Part shown: positions 8,285-17,547 of the stretch, piece by piece
Layout: each line of letters starts with the position of its first letter
How positions within the stretch are numbered: the stretch's first letter is position 1
Origin: Candidatus Hydrogenedentota bacterium
GTDB lineage: Bacteria > Hydrogenedentota > Hydrogenedentia > Hydrogenedentales > SLHB01
Direction: 5' to 3'
Assembly (NCBI GenBank): GCA_963674865.2
Contig: CAXXYE010000007.1
Location: forward strand, 128,001-192,000
Length of the DNA stretch: 64,000 bases
The notes under the pieces: model-generated
Told to the model about the DNA's origin: nothing
What the model saw: only the letters and a program-made list of their open reading frames with translations
Database searches by the model: none
Made by a program: the position numbers and the translations under genes

Positions 8285-9997
8285 TCATGCCGACTGCCCG
8301 GCGGCGAGGACTTCCTTCAGCGCTTCGGACACAGCGGCCCCGTTCTCCGCGCTCATGAGCCTGGTGGGAAGGTCGGGCTGTGTCATTGCTCTCGCTATCG
8401 ACGCGAGGATCTGAACCTGTATGCCCTCATCTTCCTCGGGCGTGAGGATGAGGTAGACAAAATGGGTGGCCCGGCCATCCCGTGCATCCCACTGGATCCC
8501 TTGCTTGGAGAGTCCGAACGCCACCAGCGGCTTCTCGAGCCCCTTAAGCCGCGCGTGCGGCACGGCCACGCCGTGCTCGAGGCCTGTGCCCATCACTTCT
8601 TCTCTCTGACGAACGGCCTGTGCCAGCGTCTGACGATCGACGTGCGCCGCACATTCGGCCACCTTGTCACACAGTTCTTCGATGACCTCCCAGCGCGTCC
8701 TTCCTTTCACTTCAAACGTCCCGGCGTCGCACAGCAAGAAACCGGCCACGTCCACCGCCTTCCGCCGGCGAAGGGACCACTCCAACAGCGGCCCCACAAG
8801 GAGCGAGGAAAGAAGCGAGGCAAATACAATGGCGATGAACGTGTTCTCCGTGAGCAGCCCCATCTCCAACGCCAGTATGCCCACTACGATCCCCATCGCG
8901 CCGCCGGGAGTGAAGGCGAGTCCTACGGAGATGGCGTCCGGCTTCGACATGTGAGCGAGACGAGCCCCGGCCCATGCCCCCATGAACTTCCCGCCTATGG
9001 CCACAACGGTGAAAATGACAATGAACAGCACATTCCCGCCTGCGAGAAAGTCGACTTTGATGCCGATGCCGGCAAAGAATAGAGGTACGAACACCGCGTG
9101 AATGGTTTGGGATAGCGTCTCGCGCGTGTGTTCCGAGACTTCGCTTGTATTGCCCACCATGATGCCCGCGAGGAAGAAGCCTAGGATCGCGTGAATTCCA
9201 ATCCAGTGTGTGACCGCGCCGCAAAGGACTCCCAGGCAAGCGATGAACGAGAGCATCGTCCCCGGTTTGGGAAGGCGGGACTTGATAATCCTGAGCGTGA
9301 TCGCCCCTACGATCTTGCTTCCCAACGTCATGCAGAATGCTCCGAAGAGCACGATTTCGAAAAAGACCTTGGCGAGCGCTTCAGCTCCAACGGTTGCTTC
9401 GCCCGCGAGGGCAAGCACCACGGTGAAGACCAACCACCCGAACACATCGTTCACGGCGCACGCCGAAAGACTCGTTGAGCCCAGATCGCTTTTCAATATG
9501 TCCATGTCGTGCATCAGTCTGGCCACGATGTCGATGGCCGTGATGGACGCCGCCGTGGCCAGGAATAACACCAGGATCAGGTGCTCCGCTTGGAATCTCG
9601 CGGTTTGCGTCGGGAGCCAGAAGAAGACGAGGCACCCGATCACGACAGGTACGACAACTCCAACCACCCCTATGGAAACCGCGGCCTTCCCCTGCTTCAG
9701 GACCTTGTTGACGTTTACTTCAAAGCCCGTTGCCAGGAGCAGGAACAGCACACCGAACCACGATACGGTGTCGAGCATCGTCACCTGGATGGTTTCTCTC
9801 GGAAACAGGGCGTCTTGAAGAGCGGGGGAAAGCCTTCCGAGGATCGTGGGCCCGAGCAGAATGCCCGCGGCGATCTCGCCCGCCAGCGCGGGAATGCCGC
9901 GATAGAGGCAAAGCCCCCCAAGGACTTTGGCGGCCACCAGCAAGATGAACACCTGAACGAGGAATAGCGAGATGTGCGTTTCGTCTAGGTAATGCAT
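8285..9997 (-). CDS. Cation:proton antiporter (CPA2) fused to PTS EIIA domain
   Basis: GEIAAGILLGPTILG and many TMs; C-terminal REEVMGTGLEHGVAVPHAR EIIA motif. Confidence 0.88.
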   Translation of the reverse strand: MHYLDETHISLFLVQVFILLVAAKVLGGLCLYRGIPALAGEIAAGILLGPTILGRLSPALQDALFPRETIQVTMLDTVSWFGVLFLLLATGFEVNVNKVLKQGKAAVSIGVVGVVVPVVIGCLVFFWLPTQTARFQAEHLILVLFLATAASITAIDIVARLMHDMDILKSDLGSTSLSACAVNDVFGWLVFTVVLALAGEATVGAEALAKVFFEIVLFGAFCMTLGSKIVGAITLRIIKSRLPKPGTMLSFIACLGVLCGAVTHWIGIHAILGFFLAGIMVGNTSEVSEHTRETLSQTIHAVFVPLFFAGIGIKVDFLAGGNVLFIVIFTVVAIGGKFMGAWAGARLAHMSKPDAISVGLAFTPGGAMGIVVGILALEMGLLTENTFIAIVFASLLSSLLVGPLLEWSLRRRKAVDVAGFLLCDAGTFEVKGRTRWEVIEELCDKVAECAAHVDRQTLAQAVRQREEVMGTGLEHGVAVPHARLKGLEKPLVAFGLSKQGIQWDARDGRATHFVYLILTPEEDEGIQVQILASIARAMTQPDLPTRLMSAENGAAVSEALKEVLAAGQSA

Positions 9998-10183
9998 CTT
10001 ATCGGTTTCCGGCCGCCGAACGATTCCTGGCCCGAGTTCCCGTAATGCACGGCAGCTGCTTGTCCAGCATCATATCCATCACTCTTGGTGCATTCAATGC
10101 TTCTGCCTCTTCGGCAGCCCGCTTGACACCTTTCCGTGCAAGGTGAAACAATCCCTCGCAAATCCAACGTGGGAGGTATGACA

Positions 10184-11443
10184 ATGCCGGCGAAAAAGAC
10201 ATCTTACAAAGAGCGGATGAAGTGGTTTCACCAGGCGCGGTTTGGCCTGTTCATTCATTGGGGCCTGTACTCCGTGCTTGGACGTGGCGAGTGGGCGATG
10301 TTTCAGGAGCGGATTCCGACGGACGAATACGCCAAGCTTGCAAATCGGTTCAATCCAAAGAAATATGATCCCAACGCATGGGCGAAGATGGCCAAGGACG
10401 CCGGTATGAAGTACGCCGTCCTCACCACGCGCCACCATGACGGTTTCTGCCTGTACGACAGCCAGGTGTCGGATTTCACCGCGCCGAAGACCGCCGCCAA
10501 ACGCGACCTTGTTGCCGAGTATGTCAAGGCTTTCAAGAAGGCGGGATTGAAGGTAGGCTTCTACTATTCCTTGCTTGACTGGCGTTTCCCCGGCTATTTC
10601 ATGCCAACCAAGTACAAGAAGAGCGCCAAGGAAATGGTGCAGCAATTCTACGACCAAGTACATGAACTGATGAGCAACTACGGCAAGATCGACGTCCTCT
10701 GGTACGACGGCGGCTGGATCGCCCACGGGAAGTACAGCAAGAATATCGCCGAGTTCTGGGATTCGGCCAAAGTCAATGCCATGGCCCGGAAGCTCCAACC
10801 CCACATCCTCATCAACAACCGCTCCGGGCTTCAGGAGGATCTCGACACGCCGGAACAGCACGTCACGGCGTCCGCGGCGGGCCGCGGCTGGGAATCCTGC
10901 ATGACCATCGGGGATTCCTGCGGCTGGGGATACATCCACAATAGCCCAAACATGAAGACAAAGACTCAATTGCTCCAGAATCTCGTCATCGCGGCCGCCG
11001 GTGAGGGCAACTACCTGCTCAACGTCGGCCCCAAGCCGGACGGCGCCATCCGCGACGAGGAGAAAGTGCGCTTGGCCGCGATGGGCAAGTGGTTGAAGAA
11101 GAACGGCGAGGCCATCTACGGCTCCGAGCGCTGCCCGCTCCACGGCGGCATGATCGGTATGTGGACTGCCAAAGGCAACACAGGCTACCTCAATGTATTT
11201 CGCTGGCCGGGCAAAGAGGCTGTTGTGCCGCTCGTGAAGACCAAGGCGAAATCCGCCGTCCTGCTCGGAAAAGGCACGAAGCTCAAGGTGCATCAGGAGC
11301 ACAATGGCCGCCTCATCATCAGCGGCTTGCCAACGGCGCCGCCCGACCCCAACATCTCAGTCATCAAGGTTCGCTTTGACGGGCCGCCGAAATCCATAGC
11401 GGAGAAAGACCGTGCGGCCTGGCTCTGCGGCGAGGCGAAGTAG
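10184..11443 (+). CDS. Alpha-L-fucosidase (GH29), copy 1
   Basis: ARFGLFIHWGLYS, AGMKYAVLTTRHHDGFCL, LWYDG nucleophile, LLNVGP; GGAGG RBS before ATG 10184. Confidence 0.93.
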   Translation: MPAKKTSYKERMKWFHQARFGLFIHWGLYSVLGRGEWAMFQERIPTDEYAKLANRFNPKKYDPNAWAKMAKDAGMKYAVLTTRHHDGFCLYDSQVSDFTAPKTAAKRDLVAEYVKAFKKAGLKVGFYYSLLDWRFPGYFMPTKYKKSAKEMVQQFYDQVHELMSNYGKIDVLWYDGGWIAHGKYSKNIAEFWDSAKVNAMARKLQPHILINNRSGLQEDLDTPEQHVTASAAGRGWESCMTIGDSCGWGYIHNSPNMKTKTQLLQNLVIAAAGEGNYLLNVGPKPDGAIRDEEKVRLAAMGKWLKKNGEAIYGSERCPLHGGMIGMWTAKGNTGYLNVFRWPGKEAVVPLVKTKAKSAVLLGKGTKLKVHQEHNGRLIISGLPTAPPDPNISVIKVRFDGPPKSIAEKDRAAWLCGEAK

Positions 11444-11591
11444 TCGGCACGGCGTTCCCGCATACCTAGAAAAGGGTGGTGCATTATGCTGTGCCGTGTG
11501 AGTGTGTGAGAAGCTCGGGGCCGCGCCCATCCGCTTCAGCAGAGCGTCGGCCCCGGTTTGTTGTGTTACGCCGAGCGCGGGAGGAAGGATT

Positions 11592-12851
11592 ATGGCAGCC
11601 AGGAAGACGTCGTACCAAGAGCGGATGAAGTGGTTTCACCGAGCCCGATTTGGCCTCTTTATCCATTGGGGGCTCTACGCCCTGCACGGGCGAGGCGAGT
11701 GGGTTATGTATCGGGAGCGTATCCCGAAGGACGAATACGCCAAGCTCGCCAATCGCTTCAATCCGAAAAAGTACGACCCGAATGAATGGGCCGCCATGGC
11801 CAAGAGCGCGGGAATGAAATACGCCGTTCTCACCACGCGCCACCATGATGGCTTCTGTCTGTTCGACAGCCAAGTCTCGGATTTCACCGCCCCGAAGACC
11901 GCCGCCAAGCGCGATCTTGTCGCCGAGTATGTCAAGGCGTTCAAGAGGGCCGGATTGAAAGTCGGCTTCTACTATTCGCTTCACGACTGGCGTTTTCCCG
12001 GCCTTTACTCCCCCACGAAACACAAGCAGAGCGCCAAAGACCTGGTGCAGCGTTTCCACGATCAAGTCCTCGAGTTGATGACGAACTACGGCAAGATCGA
12101 TGTGCTCTGGTACGACGGCGGCATGGTTCACGAGAAGAAGTATCAGGACAAGCTCGCTGAGTTTTGGGATTCTGCGCGACTCAATGCCGAAGTGCGTAGA
12201 CGCCAGCCCCACATCCTGATCAACAACCGCTCCTTTATCCCGGAGGATCTCGATACGCCCGAGCAACACGTGACGGCGTCCGGCGCTGGCCGCGGGTGGG
12301 AATCGTGCATGACTATCGGCGATTCATGCGGCTGGGGATACATCCACAACAGCCCGAATATGAAGACGACCACTCAGTTGCTCCAGAATCTCGTCATCGC
12401 CGCGGCCGGTGAGGGGAACTACCTGCTCAACGTCGGCCCCAAGCCGGACGGTAGTATCCGCGACGAGGAGAAGAGTCGTTTGGCCGCCATGGGCAAGTGG
12501 TTGAAGAAGAATGGCGAGGCCATTTACGGCTCCGAGCGCTGTCCCCTTCACGGCGGCATGATTGGCATGTGGACTGCCAAAGGCAACACAGGCTACCTCA
12601 ACGTATTTCGCTGGCCGGGCAAGGAAGCCGTTGTGCCGCTCGTCAAGAGCAAGGCGAAGTCCGCCGTCTTGCTCGGAAAAGGCACGAAGCTCAAGGTGCA
12701 TCAGGAGCACAATGGCCGTCTGATCATCAGCGGCTTGCCCGCCGCGCCGCCCGATCCCAACATCTCCGTCATCAAGGTTCGCTTCGATGGCCCGCCGAAG
12801 GCCATGGAGGAGAAAGATCGGGCTGCATGGCTCGTCGGCAAGGCACAATAA
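11592..12851 (+). CDS. Alpha-L-fucosidase (GH29), copy 2
   Basis: Same GH29 motifs; tandem paralog at offset ~1408 bp; RBS before ATG 11592. Confidence 0.93.
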   Translation: MAARKTSYQERMKWFHRARFGLFIHWGLYALHGRGEWVMYRERIPKDEYAKLANRFNPKKYDPNEWAAMAKSAGMKYAVLTTRHHDGFCLFDSQVSDFTAPKTAAKRDLVAEYVKAFKRAGLKVGFYYSLHDWRFPGLYSPTKHKQSAKDLVQRFHDQVLELMTNYGKIDVLWYDGGMVHEKKYQDKLAEFWDSARLNAEVRRRQPHILINNRSFIPEDLDTPEQHVTASGAGRGWESCMTIGDSCGWGYIHNSPNMKTTTQLLQNLVIAAAGEGNYLLNVGPKPDGSIRDEEKSRLAAMGKWLKKNGEAIYGSERCPLHGGMIGMWTAKGNTGYLNVFRWPGKEAVVPLVKSKAKSAVLLGKGTKLKVHQEHNGRLIISGLPAAPPDPNISVIKVRFDGPPKAMEEKDRAAWLVGKAQ

Positions 12852-13114
12852 CGCACCGGCCCGAGAACCAGGAGTGGACGCCGGGCCTCCGATAACGCTT
12901 TCAGCCCTCGCCCAGTCCCGCGACAGTGCCGGAGGATAAGGCGCGGGACGCCGCTGCGGCGGTGAGAGAGGTACTGACGCAAGCGAGCGAGGAGTGGGGC
13001 GAGACAGGCTTGCCCCGTATCTTGCCCACGCTGACGTTCAAGTACCCTCGCTACACCGCCGTCGAATTTCCATCCCTCGCGCCCCCCCCCCGCCGGGACG
13101 GCACGGAATGGCTC

Positions 13115-13123
13115 TGCTATAAT
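13115..13123 (+). promoter_or_regulatory. Extended -10 promoter element
   Basis: TGCTATAAT ~40 bp upstream of ATG 13161. Confidence 0.5.
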
Positions 13124-13160
13124 GCTTGTTGATACGAGGATAGAGAGGAGCATTTCCAGC

Positions 13161-14291
13161 ATGATTTATAAGCGGTATGGCAAACTTGGCCTGGACGTAA
13201 GCGCCGTCGGCTTCGGCGGGATGCGGTTCGACACGTCCAAGTCGATGGAAGAGAACGCGGAGCTGCTGCTCTACGCCGAGAGCAAAGGCATCAACTACTT
13301 CGACACGGCCCCCACCTATTGTGAGGATCAGAGCGAGGATATATTCGGCATTGCGCTCAAGCAGATGGCCGAGCGGCGCGATAGTTTCTACGTCTCGACA
13401 AAAGGCATGCCCAGCGACATCCACACTGCTCAAGAGGCGCGGGACGCCGTGCGTAAGTCCCTGGATCGGCTGGGCATCGACAAGATCGATTTCTACCACG
13501 TCTGGTGCATTCGCAAGATGGCCCATTACGAATCGGCCATGAAGCCCGGCGGCCAATACGAAGGGCTGCTCGCCTGCCAGGAAGAGGGCTTGATCGAGCA
13601 CATCGTCATCTCCTCACACCTGCAAGGCGGCCGGATTCGGAGCATCCTCGAGAAGGGCGAGTTCAAGGGCGTGCTGCTCGGTGTGAACATTCTCAACTCG
13701 CTGTACCGCTGGGAGGCTGTTCAGGCGGCCTACGACGCGGGAATGGGCGTTGTGGCCATGAATCCTCTATCCGGCGGCCTGATCCCTCAGCACGAAAAGG
13801 AATTCGCCTTTCTCAGCGAGGACGGCGAAACGCCCGTCGAAGCCGCGCTGCGATTCTGCATCAGTTCTCCGCAGATCACCGTGACGCTTATCGGCATTAC
13901 CACCAGGGAGCATATCGACATGGCCTGCCGCGTGGCGGAGCGCTCGACGCCGCTCACGAAGGAGGACATGGAACGCATCCGAGCCAACATATCCGGCAAT
14001 ATGGAGGCCCTATGCACCGGATGCGGCTACTGCCTCAAGTCCTGCCCCGTCGATATCCCCGTGGCCAACTACATGCAGTTCTACAACGACAAGCCGCTCT
14101 TCGGAAAGGCCGAAGAGGACATGATGAGGAGTCTGCGCGGCCAGAAAGAGTGGGGCATTCTGGCCGACCTGCCGACGACCGCCGGCGACTGCACCACCTG
14201 CGGAGCCTGCGAAGAGGCGTGCACGCAGCACCTCAATATCATTGAACGCCTCGCCGAGATTGCCAATTGGGAGACGGCCGTCGAGTCGTAG
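13161..14291 (+). CDS. Aldo/keto reductase with C-terminal 4Fe-4S dicluster
   Basis: VSAVGFGGMRF, GINYFDTAPTY, STK; CTGCGYCLKSCP and CTTCGACEEAC. Confidence 0.92.
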   Translation: MIYKRYGKLGLDVSAVGFGGMRFDTSKSMEENAELLLYAESKGINYFDTAPTYCEDQSEDIFGIALKQMAERRDSFYVSTKGMPSDIHTAQEARDAVRKSLDRLGIDKIDFYHVWCIRKMAHYESAMKPGGQYEGLLACQEEGLIEHIVISSHLQGGRIRSILEKGEFKGVLLGVNILNSLYRWEAVQAAYDAGMGVVAMNPLSGGLIPQHEKEFAFLSEDGETPVEAALRFCISSPQITVTLIGITTREHIDMACRVAERSTPLTKEDMERIRANISGNMEALCTGCGYCLKSCPVDIPVANYMQFYNDKPLFGKAEEDMMRSLRGQKEWGILADLPTTAGDCTTCGACEEACTQHLNIIERLAEIANWETAVES

Positions 14292-14333
14292 GCATGAGAC
14301 CGTCGTGGTGGGCGGAGGAAGGGGGCGAATACA

Positions 14334-14801
14334 ATGAAAGCGTGGCCACGGGCAAGGGGAGAGGGGGCGCCATCTGTTGCGTCTGGTGTGGCGGCACGCG
14401 CTGGCCTCGTGACGGCCATCCTGGCGCTGGGGTGCTCGTCCACGGCCCCGATAACCACGGCGCAGGATCTCGCCGCCGCGCTGCAGCGCCAGGGGATTCA
14501 ATACCAGAACCTCGAAACCTCCGATATGCCCGCCAACATGCGACATGCCCAGATTGACGAAGCGCTTGTGATGACGGGCGACGCACTACGCGTCGACATC
14601 CTACGCATCGAAGACGAACGCACGTTCAACATGATGCGTGCCAGTGTCGTGCTGCTGGGCGCCGCCGAAGCCAAAGTGGGGAAGCCTCTCCCGGGGCGCC
14701 CGGATGTCTTTGAGAAGGCGCCCTTCGTCGTTGTCGTTCGACAGGAGCCGCAAGCGGGGGCCGTCCGCGCAGCTTTGGACAAGATCTGGCCTGACTCGTG
14801 A
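14334..14801 (+). CDS. Putative lipoprotein
   Basis: Hydrophobic stretch ending in lipobox LALGC; true start may be downstream. Confidence 0.6.
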   Translation: MKAWPRARGEGAPSVASGVAARAGLVTAILALGCSSTAPITTAQDLAAALQRQGIQYQNLETSDMPANMRHAQIDEALVMTGDALRVDILRIEDERTFNMMRASVVLLGAAEAKVGKPLPGRPDVFEKAPFVVVVRQEPQAGAVRAALDKIWPDS

Positions 14802-14938
14802 CTGAGACGCGCCTGCGCGCTTCGTAGCCATGCTGTACGCAAGTCATGGATTTCTTGCTAGCAGCAGCAGGCTGGGAGTATTCATGGGATTCTCAGAATC
14901 ATCTGTCGAATGAGGCCTTTCCCGCAGTCCCACAGGCC

Positions 14939-17464
14939 CTATTCCTCGTAATAGGGAAGAATCTCCACGAAGTTGAAACCTATTCGCTGTCCGGCTGGGC
15001 CGCCCGGCTCGGCGTCGCTCTTCCAGTCTGAGAAGGTGAGCTTGACTATCTCTCCCTCCGGGCGGAACAGGATTTGGTTGTATGTCGTGTACGGTAGATG
15101 TCCCCTCTTGGCTCCCTCGTATTCCAGGTTATAGGGGGCGAGCATGACGGAGCGAAAGCTTCCTTTCTCGACGATGCTTGCGCCCTCAAGGCGCGCCCAA
15201 GGCCCGACCTCGGCGTTGGTGAAGATGTTGTCGAGGTCGATGCCGATGAACTTCAAGGAGTAGAGCCTGCCGGGGACAAGGTCGCGCACGCGCTGCGCCA
15301 CGCGATTCGGCCCGCTGGCCGATCGGATCATCGCCACGGCCGCATCGCCGCATCCGACCTCCGCCCAGCGCCCCTGGATTCTCCCGAGTTTCGTGAAGTT
15401 AACGGGGGCCACGGCGCCTCCCTCCGCGGCTTCTACACGCCAGGAGGTCAGGCCGTCGGCAAAGTCGGGATTCTCCAGATAGGGAAGTTCGTAAGTGAAA
15501 CTCCCAAGCGGCGCTTGTTTCCCTTCAATACAGTAGTGCCGGCGGAGGGCCATCGCGTAGCGAAGCACGTCGTTGTCGGTGTAGTGGGCCGCCCATTCAA
15601 AGATGCCGTACACGCCGAACAACTGCGGATCCGTGGCCGCCACGCGGTACTGATGCTCCAAGAAGGCGAGGTAGTTGGCGCTGGGATCGACGTTCAACGA
15701 ACACCACGGCGTCGAGAAAGAGCCGAGGCAGAGCGAGAGGCGTGAATTCACACCGGGCATGACCTCTTCCCATTCCGCGAGACTGCTCACCAATTGCCTC
15801 TGAATGGCGAGCAGCGCCAACTCCTCAGTGGATTCCTCTCGGAAGTAACGCTCCCAGGCGAAGCGCCCGCCGAGGTCCGGCAGCACCTTCATGTACTCCA
15901 GGCCGGGTGGATGCTGATACGTGTTCACCACCCACGCGTAGAACGTCTTGCCCGCGAAGGAAGGTTGGGCGTACAGCCGCTTCGTGGCCTCCGTCCAAGC
16001 GGCGTAGTGCTCCGCCGAACTGCCGAGGAACTCGTCCACGATCAGCCCTGCGTAGCCGGGGCGCGTGACGACCGCATTCTTGGCCCAAACGTCATAGACG
16101 GCATCGGCCGTGGGGGCGTTCGCATCACTTAGGCCGGGCAGACTCGAATTGCTGAGCCACGTCCGGCCTTCTGCGCGCCAAGCGTCAAATTCTTCGGCTG
16201 TCATGTCATCGTGGGTGAGCAAGGTCGTACAGTTGGGGAAGACGTAGCGCTCGGCAAAGGCTTCGTCTATGGGCGGCAGTCCACGCAATACAGGGCGGGT
16301 GGGATAATAGCAGAAGGACGATTCCGGGACGGCGCGCACGTCCACCCGGGCGCCGGCCGCGTGGATAAGGCGCAACCGGTGTTTGCCCTCGCTAAGGAGA
16401 CAGAACGCTTCGAGCGCACCCGTTGTCGAGTGGGGCCGCCAAGTGAGAGGGGAAGCCCCGTCGTCAATATATGCTTCGGGATTGCCCGAAGCGCCCGCCA
16501 CGCTCACGAACACCCATCCCTCCCGGGGATTGAGAAACGACGCCCGCGCCTTCTGCCGTCGGACCTCGTTGATGACCTTCAGTTCTGTGACGAAGTTGTT
16601 CAGCACCTTGAGTTTGCGGTACTTTCCCTCCCAGTGAGGCGTGTAAGGCCACTTGAACGTCTTCTCCAGCACAAGTGGGGTCCGGTCTTCCCACCTAGGA
16701 CGCACGGTAACGCGCATTGAGTCGCCCGGCTGCGCCTTCAATTCCTCGAACACCATGACGGCCACAGGCTGGCCCACGCGATCCTTCTGAATGGTGGCCG
16801 CGCATCGCATGGGAGTTCCGCCGTTGATGCTCACTGCGCCGGACACGGGGGGCTCTTCATTGCCGCCCAAGGAAAGGGCATTTACGCCAACGATGAGCCT
16901 GCGGGCGGCCGGGACAGGCGCGCACTGGACAAGGGACTGCTCGTCCAGGTCCGGGTGGTCCGCTGTCAGGGAAACCGGTTCGCTAACCAGGCCGCCGCTT
17001 CTGCCCCAGTCGAAAACCTCGACGGCTATCAGGTTCTCGCCGCTCGGTTCGAGATACTGCGACAGTTCCAACACGACGGGCATCTTAGCCGCGGAGACAG
17101 TACCCTTGTCACCATAGGCGCCGACCTTGACGCCATTGCAGTAGACGACGCCCGCATCGTTGATGCCGCCGAGATTGAGCCAGACGGCTTTGCCTTGCAT
17201 GTCCGGGGGCAGCGTTACTCTCCTCCGATACCACGCCTTACCATCGAGATCCGCGTATCCCTGATCCTCCCATCGGACGCCCGCGCGCAGGACGGGCCAT
17301 GCGGAGTCATCGAATCCCGGTGTATGCCACCCGCTTGCCACGCCTTCCTCATTGGAATCCGGATGAAACCGCCAATCTTCGGCTAACTCCAACGCCATCT
17401 GCCCATGGGCGAAAATGATTGTCTGGAAGACCATCAGTACGCCGAGCGCAATCGCCTTGTTCAT
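14939..17464 (-). CDS. Secreted protein with GH2-type sugar-binding jelly-roll N-terminus
   Basis: Signal peptide; WRFHPD...FDDSAWP...DGKAWYRR...LGGINDAGVVYCNG; remainder unassigned, with a CBM-like LENPDFADGLTSW. Confidence 0.7.
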   Translation of the reverse strand: MNKAIALGVLMVFQTIIFAHGQMALELAEDWRFHPDSNEEGVASGWHTPGFDDSAWPVLRAGVRWEDQGYADLDGKAWYRRRVTLPPDMQGKAVWLNLGGINDAGVVYCNGVKVGAYGDKGTVSAAKMPVVLELSQYLEPSGENLIAVEVFDWGRSGGLVSEPVSLTADHPDLDEQSLVQCAPVPAARRLIVGVNALSLGGNEEPPVSGAVSINGGTPMRCAATIQKDRVGQPVAVMVFEELKAQPGDSMRVTVRPRWEDRTPLVLEKTFKWPYTPHWEGKYRKLKVLNNFVTELKVINEVRRQKARASFLNPREGWVFVSVAGASGNPEAYIDDGASPLTWRPHSTTGALEAFCLLSEGKHRLRLIHAAGARVDVRAVPESSFCYYPTRPVLRGLPPIDEAFAERYVFPNCTTLLTHDDMTAEEFDAWRAEGRTWLSNSSLPGLSDANAPTADAVYDVWAKNAVVTRPGYAGLIVDEFLGSSAEHYAAWTEATKRLYAQPSFAGKTFYAWVVNTYQHPPGLEYMKVLPDLGGRFAWERYFREESTEELALLAIQRQLVSSLAEWEEVMPGVNSRLSLCLGSFSTPWCSLNVDPSANYLAFLEHQYRVAATDPQLFGVYGIFEWAAHYTDNDVLRYAMALRRHYCIEGKQAPLGSFTYELPYLENPDFADGLTSWRVEAAEGGAVAPVNFTKLGRIQGRWAEVGCGDAAVAMIRSASGPNRVAQRVRDLVPGRLYSLKFIGIDLDNIFTNAEVGPWARLEGASIVEKGSFRSVMLAPYNLEYEGAKRGHLPYTTYNQILFRPEGEIVKLTFSDWKSDAEPGGPAGQRIGFNFVEILPYYEE

Positions 17465-17547
17465 GACTTGTCCCGCTCCTTTCCCGCCGCGCCCGTGAAG
17501 CAGGCGGTTTGAGTCCCAAGACGCCCTGTCCCGCGCAATGCCGATGC

